Shown here one piece after another: positions 16,388 through 24,149 of a DNA stretch of 24,149 nucleotides (its first letter is position 1; every line of letters starts with the position of its first letter). The translations under genes and the position numbers were made by a program. The stretch spans positions 1-24,149 of IMG/VR virus record IMGVR_UViG_3300025018_000524. One strand, given 5' to 3'. The DNA comes from a virus (taxonomy: Duplodnaviria > Caudoviricetes). Below the pieces are notes generated by a model. It ran no database searches, was not told the DNA's origin, and worked only from the letters and a program-made list of their open reading frames with translations.

Positions 16388-17569
16388 ATGGCTTTATATC
16401 AAGGACCAGTTCAGCAATATCAAAACGCAACTTTATTTAATAAGACTGGAAGCGATGCGCCGTATCTAGGACCAGTTCAACGGAATCAGAACCCACAAGC
16501 ATTCGCACAGAGTGGTAGTGATGCGGTAGCTACGGCAGCATATAGAGCCCCACAACCAACTTCAAGTGGTGGTGGCGGTGTTGATCTATCCAACAAAGCA
16601 AAACAGGATGATTACGCAAGGACTCTAGGATTTCCAGGTTGGAATGAATATCAAGCAAATCTTTCCAGACAATCATACGAGAACTCGCCAGAAGGAATAG
16701 AAGCTCGCAAAAGAGAAGCAGCCCTGCGTGGTCAAATTGACCAGGGATTCGGCGCACTTAAACAAGGCTACAACGAGCTACTCCCCTACTACGAACAAGA
16801 AGGTCAAAGACGAGTAGGTCAAGTTGGGGAAACCTTCGACACTATCTTTAAAGGACTCGGACAAGCTAAGCAGGCAGGAATGGATAAACTCGGACTCGCT
16901 AGAGAAGAAGTCGGTAGAAGATCTGCTGACTCGATTCAAGATCTAAAAAGTAACTTAGGTCAAGTTATGAGAAACACTGGTATGCAACTTGGCGCAATGG
17001 GCGCGGGTGACACATCAGCTTCTCAAGTCATGGCTCCTTATGCCTATACCAAGATGGCAGGTAAAGAGTTTGGAGGTATTCAGAGACAAGCAAATGATCA
17101 GTTCGGACAGATCGATCAAAAGGATGTCGATTTAGAGCAAGAGTACGGACAAATGTACAACCAGACGGAGATCGAGAAATCACAACATATTGAAATGATC
17201 CGATCAGAAGTAGGTTCGCAAGTCGCACGAATTAGAGAAATGATCCCACAGGTAGATGCGCAAAGGGCTCAGGCTTTAGCAGGACTCGAACAGTCTCTGT
17301 TAAGTCAGGCTCAACAGCAATTAATGCAAATCCAAGCTGAAGATAAACAGAAGAAAGACTCGCTTCAACAGTGGGCTTTACAGAGAATGGCGCAACTACA
17401 AGACGCTCAGCTTTCGATTCAAAATACTGCCAACTTCAACCCTCAAGCCATTGCATTTAATGAGTTGAGAAGTATCGGAGCAATGCCAGCTTACGGACAA
17501 GATCAGGAAGCCTACTTTAATCCCGCAATGTTGGCTCAGAAACGCAGGGAAGAATTGGGGGTAGCATGA
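16388..17569 (+). CDS. Probable internal virion / DNA-ejection protein (Q/A/G-rich coiled coil)
   Basis: Composition, an LGAMGAG segment and position before the giant gene. ATG 16388 is preferred. The function is inferred. Confidence 0.65.
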   Translation: MALYQGPVQQYQNATLFNKTGSDAPYLGPVQRNQNPQAFAQSGSDAVATAAYRAPQPTSSGGGGVDLSNKAKQDDYARTLGFPGWNEYQANLSRQSYENSPEGIEARKREAALRGQIDQGFGALKQGYNELLPYYEQEGQRRVGQVGETFDTIFKGLGQAKQAGMDKLGLAREEVGRRSADSIQDLKSNLGQVMRNTGMQLGAMGAGDTSASQVMAPYAYTKMAGKEFGGIQRQANDQFGQIDQKDVDLEQEYGQMYNQTEIEKSQHIEMIRSEVGSQVARIREMIPQVDAQRAQALAGLEQSLLSQAQQQLMQIQAEDKQKKDSLQQWALQRMAQLQDAQLSIQNTANFNPQAIAFNELRSIGAMPAYGQDQEAYFNPAMLAQKRREELGVA

Positions 17570-18099
17570 TAATGAATAACTCTCAGACCATGCGTCCACC
17601 GGTTATACGTCCACCGAGTCGCTCTTTCCTTCCTCAAATGCCAATAGACGCTCGTATACAATCTGGTTTTGTATCTTCCGATTCCCCAGCTCCATTTCAA
17701 CCACCTAAAACCCCGGCTTCGAAACTACCAGTGCATAACTCTGGCAACTTTATTAATACTCAAGATTGGGGCAGAACCCCTCCACCTGGAGGAATGTATA
17801 CAACTGATATGCCACCTGGGTGGGAAGATGGGTCTTTCTGGGTTTATAACCCTGTCACTGGAGAGAGGAGAGAGGGCTATCCCGATGATGCCAGGCGATA
17901 TGATCCTTCACCAATTTTAAGAAGTCCCCAACAACCAGAGGTATTCCGAGATGATATTCAAAGAGGAAATAATGGCCAGCCAGGAATGTGGAATGAGGGT
18001 ACTGGACAAATCAATCAACAGTCCAAGATACTCCCTATGCCTTTTTATGGGAACATCTCTGAACTGAATAGAAGACGTAGGCAAGAACTAGGAGTCTAA
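17566..18099 (+). CDS. Proline-rich hypothetical protein, probably internal virion
   Basis: ATGA overlap; its C-terminus mirrors that of the upstream protein. Confidence 0.65.
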   Translation: MIMNNSQTMRPPVIRPPSRSFLPQMPIDARIQSGFVSSDSPAPFQPPKTPASKLPVHNSGNFINTQDWGRTPPPGGMYTTDMPPGWEDGSFWVYNPVTGERREGYPDDARRYDPSPILRSPQQPEVFRDDIQRGNNGQPGMWNEGTGQINQQSKILPMPFYGNISELNRRRRQELGV

Positions 18100-18101
18100 A
18101 T

Positions 18102-21100
18102 ATGGCGTCAACAATCGACCAACTAAAGTCATTGTTCAAAAAAGCCAAAAAGAAAACCCTAGATGCAACCACGATAGACGAAAGAATAGGGCAAGGCTTT
18201 AATAACTTACGTGGCAACTTTAGACAGCAACAGGTACAGGCCTCAAAGAACAGAGCCGACTTCGCCAGACCGTTTCAACAAGGGGCATCTAATGTGGTTG
18301 GCAATTTTCGCGCGATCACAAATCCTCAGACAGGGCAGGATTGGTTTCGCGGATCTCCAAATACTAACATTCCATATCAGGCAATTAACACAGCTTCAAA
18401 GCCTATCCAGTGGGTTGGACAGGGTATTGGTAAAGCCATTGTTGCTCCATTGGAGTCTGCATTTAATACTGTAGAAAACAGAACAGACCAGAGACTAGCA
18501 AATACTTTGAGAAATCAACAGTCTAGGGCGATGAGTGCTGGAAACTTAGACGTAGCGCGAAATAGAGCGAGACTAATTGGAGAAAATCAACAAAGACAAG
18601 CTTCCCGACTCACCTCATTTGGAAATGATATTAACAGTATTAGAAAAACGACGGCGGCTGGCGCACTTGGCGCTGGTCTTTCAGCGTTAGGTGTTGGGGC
18701 AGGGACACCTACTCTTGCGGCGACCGCGGCTCTTTCGGGAGGTATTGGATATGGAGCAACTAAACTTACGGGCGGCACTAATTTGCAAGCTCAGGAAGCA
18801 CTGGGACAAGGAATAGGCAAAGCACCACAATATGCGGGGGTGAATAAAATCACTACGCCAATAATTACCAGGATGCTCAATCCAGTAGCCATAAGAGGTC
18901 TTGGAGAGCGTTTATTTTCCTATGGAACCGCCAACGCATTGGCTAACATTGCTGAAGATTATACTCTTTCTAAGGCCAGTCAAGAAAAAATGACTTCCGG
19001 AGATGTTCTTTCAAGCGCGGGCATCGGTGCAGTTATTGGCGGTGTATCTGGTTCATCCCCAGAGCTTAAACGATTTATGGGTAAGTTTGCCAAGAAGGTA
19101 GGCGGCTCAGTTGATGCTCAAGGATTTATCAGAAATAAAACAGGACAACTCTACGACCCAGGTACAGGCAGATGGGTAAAAGAAACCGCATCAAAGGCTG
19201 TGGAAGCTGTTAAAAACAAGCAAAAACAACTTGTAGAGTTTGTGGGCGGTAATGCCTATGATCCTAGTGAGTTTAATCTAAGATTAAGGAGTGATGGTTT
19301 TGGTATGGATCTAGCTCCAAATGCTCAGAGTAGATTGAGGGTTAACCCAGAGGCAGGATTTGTAAACATGGGCGCACCAGTAGCAGGTATGCCTACGGTT
19401 AAGTTTCAAGAGCCAGCAGTACGAGGTGACATTACCAAGCTACAAAACAACCTCGATGAAGTACTCGGCACTAAATCATTCAATTCCACTGGTAAATGGC
19501 AAGCAGACCTGCCAGCACGGCAGACAGCAAAACAACAACTCCAAGGTTACGCAGATCAAGGCGAACCAGAAGCACGAAAACTCTTGGATTATGTAAACAA
19601 ATTAGAAGATGATATTGCTACAGCACAGATAAGCAACCAAGCTACTACACCAAAGGGAGTGGGAGCTAACCAAAGAGTACCGATTAAAAACCCCGTGGAA
19701 ACTCGTAGTCTCTCGAATCCTCAGGTTCAGGATACAACTCGTTCATTATCCGCATCTCCTCCTCAGTTGGCAGGTAGTCGGGTTCGGGTTCAAAATACTG
19801 CACCACGACTATCCACAAAAATACCAATAAACAGTAAAACAAATACGCAAGTAGTGGATTCCGCTCGTACCAATGTTTCATCAAAGGCTAATCTCTCTGG
19901 CAACCAAGGTGGTCGCATTCAATTGAATACTCTTCAGAATCCCAGGATTCAGGTAATAAATAGTCAGCCACCATTGATAGGGAAAACGCAATTACCAATC
20001 CAATCACCGTTGCGAAGCAGAGTCCCAATAAAAACCGAAGTGCCGGTCTCAGGTGTTCCATTAAACAGTAGTATACCATCACAAAAACAAAGAGGCTTCA
20101 CTTCGTCTGTTCAAGAAGCACCATCAGTTTTTGACCCAGTAAAAGCAGATGTAAGTGGAACATATACCCCAAAACCAAATGACAAACTGATGGGTGAAGC
20201 AAAAGCACTCTTACAAGATGGGGCAAAGATTGACTTCAAGAATACCCAAAACCTCGATCAAAAGGTTGCAGCAACCATTCAAGAAGCTCTCAATCAACAG
20301 AAACTGGGTAACTATGAAGCCGCAGCTAATCTATTTAACAACCTTTCAGAGCAAGGTACTGAATTGGGTCGCAGTGTCCAGGCATTCTCTCTCTTAAAAA
20401 GCATGACTCCAGAAGCAATAGCTTTATCAGTAGCGGGGAAAATAAAGAAATATAACCTAAGTGCTAAAAAACTAATTCCTGAGTTGAATGGTGATCAAAT
20501 GGAGATGATTACTGAACAGGTAAAACTTGCGGACAGCCTGAGGGGTAGAGAGAAGAAAATTGTCCTGCATCAGTTAAAACAAACCCTTGATAGTTTAATC
20601 CCCTCAACACTTGCGGACAAGCTCATCACCACTTGGAAGGCGGGACTCCTTACTTCTTTAAGAACCCACGAAAGAAACTTAGTCGGCAACACAATGCACC
20701 AAATGGGTGAAATAGCAAAAGACTATGTCGCATCTCCAGTAGACCAACTGCTCTCCTTCAAAACAGGACGAAGAACACTCACCGCTACCACTCAGGGACT
20801 CGGTGAGGCAGTAAGTAAGCAGACCAGGCAACAGGCTACCGACCTTGTGAAGCTAGGGTTTGACCCAACTGAACAGATAAATAAGTTTGATATAAAAAGA
20901 GTCACTTGGGGTAATAATAAGTTTGAGCAAGGGTTAAAAATATATACCGATGCGGTCTTTAGGACACTTGGAGCAGCAGATAGACCATTTTATAACGCAG
21001 CACTTGCTCGTTCACTCTACGATCAAGCGGGGGCAGCCGCAATCAACGCTGGTAAAAAGGGTGATGGAACATTTATTACAAACCTGGTCAAAAACCCGAC

Positions 21101-23207
21101 TGAGGAAATGTATAAGATTGCGGTGTCAGATGCCAACATCGCCACGTTCAAAGACAGGACCACCGCTTCAAATGTGGCAAACGCCATCAAAAGATCCTTA
21201 TCTAGTAATGAGCTTGCTAAATTTGCTGGTGAGTTTATTATGCCGTTTACAGGCGTACCATCTTCTATATTTACTCAGTTGAAAAACTATTCACCAATTG
21301 GACTTACTCAAGGAATGATTGACGCAGGGAGGGTATTGGTGGGAGATGTACCACAGCTTCAACGCCAAGCATCACAAGAAATAGGTCGAGGGGTAGTGGG
21401 CACAGCCATCATGGCTCTAGGAGCGTATTTAATGAGCAGGGGACTTGTGACAGGACAGCCCAAGGATCAGGAAGAATCCAGACAGTGGGAGCTAGAGAAT
21501 AAACCTAGAAACTCAATTTATATCGGGGGTAAGTGGAGAAGTCTTAACTCTATTGGTCCAGAAGCATTTATCTTTCTTTCAGGAGCGAAGCTCCAAGAGG
21601 AGATGAATAAACCAGATGGCTCTCTGGGAACGTATGGCGCAAGTCTTGGAAAAGACTTTTTAGATCAGTCTTTTGTAACTGGTATTCAGCAACCAGTCAA
21701 CGCTATTACTGATCCCGCTCGATACGGAAAGTCATACGCCGGTAATGCAATATCGTCGTTTATACCAAACATCATTAAAGACTCATCTAAGGCTTTTGAT
21801 GGAACTGCTCGAGAGGCAAACACGGTCCTTGATTATACAAAGATGAGTGTCCCAGGTTTGCGAAATACGCTTACTGAAAAGAGAGACGTGTTGGGCAATA
21901 TTATCCCTCAAGAACCAACGGGAATAGCCGCTTTTATTGATCTTTTCAACTCTAAGACTCCGCGTGGTAGTGAGCTAGTAGGTGAATTATCCAGGCTCTA
22001 CGGTGAGGGATATGGCGCAACACCTAGTAAGCTGAAAAAAGAGCAGACTATCAACAAAAAGAAATACGTTCTTACTCCAGAGCAACTTAACGCTTATGAG
22101 GCAGGTGTTAGCCAGCCCCTACAGTCTGCTCTTGAAAAATTAATATCATCATCCGCGTACGCAAGTCTTACTGATGAGGAAAAGCAAAAGAAGGTAGATA
22201 AGGTTGTTTTGGATGTTAGAGCTGAATACAAAAAAACTAACGCAGACGAAATTATTGTGGGGGCGAAAGTTCCGGTTAAAAAACCAACCTTCCAACAAAC
22301 TGAAGACCAGCCAAAAAACATCCTCGATAAAGTAGCTCTCGCAGCTCAGGGTATAGGCGTTGATCCGCAGAACACGATCAAAGCTATTTTCACTCAGGAA
22401 GAACTACGAAAAATCGAGGGTAATGCTGTTATTCTTAAACGTCAGGAGTTTTTGAATAAAGAGAACGACCCCAACTTACAACGCGATCACATCATCCCTC
22501 TGGGCCTGGGTGGCGATAACTCAGACGAAAACCTTAAATATGTACCCAAAGACTGGCACGCTGCTAAGACTAAGAATGATAATAGACTGATTCGTGAACT
22601 GCAAAGTGGCAAAATAACCCGTCAAGAAGCCCAAGAGCAAGTGAGAACCTGGATTGAAAACAACCCACACGAAACGTATGTGATGGAATCAGAGCCCACT
22701 AGTGAGTCAGTTAAAACCAATATTACTGAGGGTAGCATTATCAATCGTGAGTTTGAGATTGATAATGGAGTAGATAAGGATGGAGAACCCAAAACCAAGA
22801 CAGTCAAGATCGAAGTGCCAGAATACCCCACCCTTACGGGTCAGGATGAGTTGGATAAGAAACTTAAATCTAGTTATTACAGCAAACTAAACACCGCTAA
22901 AAACAACACACTTAAATTATATGAGGCAGGAGTCATCACCGCAGAACAGGCAGAGGAAATACTAGGTGATCTGGATACCAAGCAAACGAAATCATCGGGC
23001 AAAACAGGCAGAAAACTAAAAATCAAACTCGGCTCTACCCCCACCCTCAAAAAAGTCTCAATTAAAGCACCACAAGTCTCTCAGATGGCTAAAATCAACT
23101 TCAACATCCCCACAGCTCCAAGAGTGCCAGTAAGAAAGACAAGCACGACCAGACCACGAATTAAGCTAAGAGATGCTAGTAAGAAATTATTAAGCGTGGT
23201 AAGATAG
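18102..23207 (+). CDS. Large (1701 aa) probable DNA-ejection / polyvalent protein with C-terminal HNH motif
   Basis: Gly/Ala-rich hydrophobic N-terminal segments, a helical core, an LPD38-like stretch (NSIYIGGKW..SFVTG..SFIP..DVLG), DHIIPLGLGGDNSDENL..WHAAKT and a basic tail. Confidence 0.75.
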   Translation: MASTIDQLKSLFKKAKKKTLDATTIDERIGQGFNNLRGNFRQQQVQASKNRADFARPFQQGASNVVGNFRAITNPQTGQDWFRGSPNTNIPYQAINTASKPIQWVGQGIGKAIVAPLESAFNTVENRTDQRLANTLRNQQSRAMSAGNLDVARNRARLIGENQQRQASRLTSFGNDINSIRKTTAAGALGAGLSALGVGAGTPTLAATAALSGGIGYGATKLTGGTNLQAQEALGQGIGKAPQYAGVNKITTPIITRMLNPVAIRGLGERLFSYGTANALANIAEDYTLSKASQEKMTSGDVLSSAGIGAVIGGVSGSSPELKRFMGKFAKKVGGSVDAQGFIRNKTGQLYDPGTGRWVKETASKAVEAVKNKQKQLVEFVGGNAYDPSEFNLRLRSDGFGMDLAPNAQSRLRVNPEAGFVNMGAPVAGMPTVKFQEPAVRGDITKLQNNLDEVLGTKSFNSTGKWQADLPARQTAKQQLQGYADQGEPEARKLLDYVNKLEDDIATAQISNQATTPKGVGANQRVPIKNPVETRSLSNPQVQDTTRSLSASPPQLAGSRVRVQNTAPRLSTKIPINSKTNTQVVDSARTNVSSKANLSGNQGGRIQLNTLQNPRIQVINSQPPLIGKTQLPIQSPLRSRVPIKTEVPVSGVPLNSSIPSQKQRGFTSSVQEAPSVFDPVKADVSGTYTPKPNDKLMGEAKALLQDGAKIDFKNTQNLDQKVAATIQEALNQQKLGNYEAAANLFNNLSEQGTELGRSVQAFSLLKSMTPEAIALSVAGKIKKYNLSAKKLIPELNGDQMEMITEQVKLADSLRGREKKIVLHQLKQTLDSLIPSTLADKLITTWKAGLLTSLRTHERNLVGNTMHQMGEIAKDYVASPVDQLLSFKTGRRTLTATTQGLGEAVSKQTRQQATDLVKLGFDPTEQINKFDIKRVTWGNNKFEQGLKIYTDAVFRTLGAADRPFYNAALARSLYDQAGAAAINAGKKGDGTFITNLVKNPTEEMYKIAVSDANIATFKDRTTASNVANAIKRSLSSNELAKFAGEFIMPFTGVPSSIFTQLKNYSPIGLTQGMIDAGRVLVGDVPQLQRQASQEIGRGVVGTAIMALGAYLMSRGLVTGQPKDQEESRQWELENKPRNSIYIGGKWRSLNSIGPEAFIFLSGAKLQEEMNKPDGSLGTYGASLGKDFLDQSFVTGIQQPVNAITDPARYGKSYAGNAISSFIPNIIKDSSKAFDGTAREANTVLDYTKMSVPGLRNTLTEKRDVLGNIIPQEPTGIAAFIDLFNSKTPRGSELVGELSRLYGEGYGATPSKLKKEQTINKKKYVLTPEQLNAYEAGVSQPLQSALEKLISSSAYASLTDEEKQKKVDKVVLDVRAEYKKTNADEIIVGAKVPVKKPTFQQTEDQPKNILDKVALAAQGIGVDPQNTIKAIFTQEELRKIEGNAVILKRQEFLNKENDPNLQRDHIIPLGLGGDNSDENLKYVPKDWHAAKTKNDNRLIRELQSGKITRQEAQEQVRTWIENNPHETYVMESEPTSESVKTNITEGSIINREFEIDNGVDKDGEPKTKTVKIEVPEYPTLTGQDELDKKLKSSYYSKLNTAKNNTLKLYEAGVITAEQAEEILGDLDTKQTKSSGKTGRKLKIKLGSTPTLKKVSIKAPQVSQMAKINFNIPTAPRVPVRKTSTTRPRIKLRDASKKLLSVVR
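19684..19881 (-). CDS. Nested antisense small membrane protein 2 (65 aa)
   Basis: MKHWYERNP, hydrophobic LLAYLFYCLLVFLWIVVV, then an acidic tail. The ATG lies 6 nt after the stop of nested ORF 1. Confidence 0.6.
   Translation of the reverse strand: MKHWYERNPLLAYLFYCLLVFLWIVVVQYFEPEPDYLPTEEEMRIMNELYPEPEDSRDYEFPRGF
19888..20061 (-). CDS. Nested antisense small membrane protein 1 (57 aa), probably leaderless
   Basis: MEHLRPALR, hydrophobic FLLGLCFATVIGLVIAFSLSMV, then an acidic tail with CxxxxC. The ATG lies 8 nt after an extended -10. Confidence 0.6.
   Translation of the reverse strand: MEHLRPALRFLLGLCFATVIGLVIAFSLSMVADYLLPESWDSEEYSIECDHLGCQRD
20070..20078 (-). promoter_or_regulatory. Antisense extended -10 promoter inside the giant gene
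   Basis: The minus strand reads TGgTATACT-actgttta-ATG. Confidence 0.6.
23197..23205 (+). promoter_or_regulatory. Putative extended -10 promoter
   Basis: TGgTAAGAT at the end of the giant gene. Confidence 0.4.
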
Positions 23208-23241
23208 TAGGAGTTTAGTACAGCCATAGTGTTGTACGTGT

Positions 23242-23274
23242 AAACCACTAACCCGAAAGGGAGGTGGTTTTTTT
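23242..23274 (+). terminator. Intrinsic terminator-like hairpin
   Basis: AAACCAC-taa-CCC-GAAA-GGG-ag-GTGGTTT-TTTT. Confidence 0.75.
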
Positions 23275-23294
23275 GGTTCTAAAGGACAAAAATA

Positions 23295-23945
23295 ATGATA
23301 ATCACATCTTTATTAGCTAAAATCCATGAAAAGTACGAAGGATCAACTGATTATCCTACAGAGGGCGATGACTATGACGTTCGACTCGCTCTCGTCAATC
23401 AACGTATCGAGGACTGGCAAGATGAGAACGTCAACTGGAGAGAACTGTACGCCAACTCACAAGATGCTACTACAGGTGACATTACCACTGTTTCAGGCAC
23501 ACTCGCCTATGACTGTCCTGATAACTTCCTAAGAATCTCAAGCTTTATCAAAATAAACGACATTGAGTTTGAGTATATGGATCAAGACAAAGTGCTTGAG
23601 GATCAAACCCACCCATCGGGGAAAAGATACTTTTACATAACGGGTGGTTATGGCTCGTACGTTATTAATCTCTCCCACGACCCAGAAGGTGCATACCCTA
23701 TTTATTATATGTACTACAAAGAGGCCACCCTAATGACTACTGGTGCTGATATCCCCGAGATGAGCAGGCCAAAATACATCATTAATGGTGTACTAGCTGA
23801 TCTGTACGAACAAGACAACAGAAATGACATGGTGGAACTCTACACCAATAAAGCAGATGAAGCGATGGAACAGATGATTATTCAAAACGAAATGAGCCCA
23901 CAAGGGCAGAGTTTCGGGGTAGAAGGATTTGGATTCGGAAAATGA
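23295..23945 (+). CDS. Probable head-tail adaptor / tail tubular protein A
   Basis: AAGGA Shine-Dalgarno; T..G...YDCPDNF and helical ends; located before a tubular-B-like gene. Confidence 0.65.
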   Translation: MIITSLLAKIHEKYEGSTDYPTEGDDYDVRLALVNQRIEDWQDENVNWRELYANSQDATTGDITTVSGTLAYDCPDNFLRISSFIKINDIEFEYMDQDKVLEDQTHPSGKRYFYITGGYGSYVINLSHDPEGAYPIYYMYYKEATLMTTGADIPEMSRPKYIINGVLADLYEQDNRNDMVELYTNKADEAMEQMIIQNEMSPQGQSFGVEGFGFGK

Positions 23946-24149
23946 GCAGAAAAGTAAGAATCAGACAAACCAAGACGAACAAGTTTCACCAGATGCTTGA
24001 AAACTTCTCTGGTGGTACTAATTCTGTTATCTCTGAGGCTCGCTTGGGACGCAAAACTTCCAATCACAAATACGCTCTCCAAACAACCAATGTGACTCAG
24101 GCACAAGATGGTATCTGGCAGACTAAACCAGGACTAGGGTATTTTGGTA
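23942..24149 (+). CDS. Probable tail tubular protein B / nozzle, 3'-truncated (not in the ORF track)
   Basis: ATGA overlap and open to the window end. NFSGGTN...TNV....DGIWQTKPG resembles the N-termini of podovirus nozzle proteins. Confidence 0.6.
   Translation, partial: MSRKVRIRQTKTNKFHQMLENFSGGTNSVISEARLGRKTSNHKYALQTTNVTQAQDGIWQTKPGLGYFG

Noticed and set aside
1-24149. DGR template repeat or reverse transcriptase, tRNA genes, stop-codon recoding
   Set aside because: No second copy of the variable region, RT motif or cloverleaf was found by eye. Long genes read intact in the standard code and end in all three stop codons.

Overview
This window is a segment of a tailed dsDNA phage or prophage, with almost all genes on the + strand. 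Gene order suggests a short-tailed (podovirus-like) virion. Bases 1-5330 are an accessory region of small genes: a 5'-truncated FGE-sulfatase/CLec-fold protein whose 3' end resembles a diversity-generating retroelement (DGR) variable region, two YopX paralogues flanking a C5-cytosine methyltransferase, a DUF1064-like nuclease, a NinB-like protein and hypotheticals. From 5380 to the end is the morphogenesis module: TerS, PBSX-type TerL, a portal carrying a LAGLIDADG intein with the class 3 WCT signature, scaffold, SU10/DUF5309-type major capsid protein, two glycosyltransferases plus a nitroreductase, three probable internal/ejection proteins (the largest is 1701 aa with a C-terminal HNH motif), a head-tail adaptor and a truncated tail tubular protein. 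The most unusual signal is a pair of small membrane-protein ORFs on the antisense strand, with their own extended -10 promoter, nested in a low-complexity linker of the 1701-aa gene. No tRNA, rRNA, CRISPR array, integrase or reverse transcriptase was seen. All family calls come from motifs recognised by eye; no database search was run.
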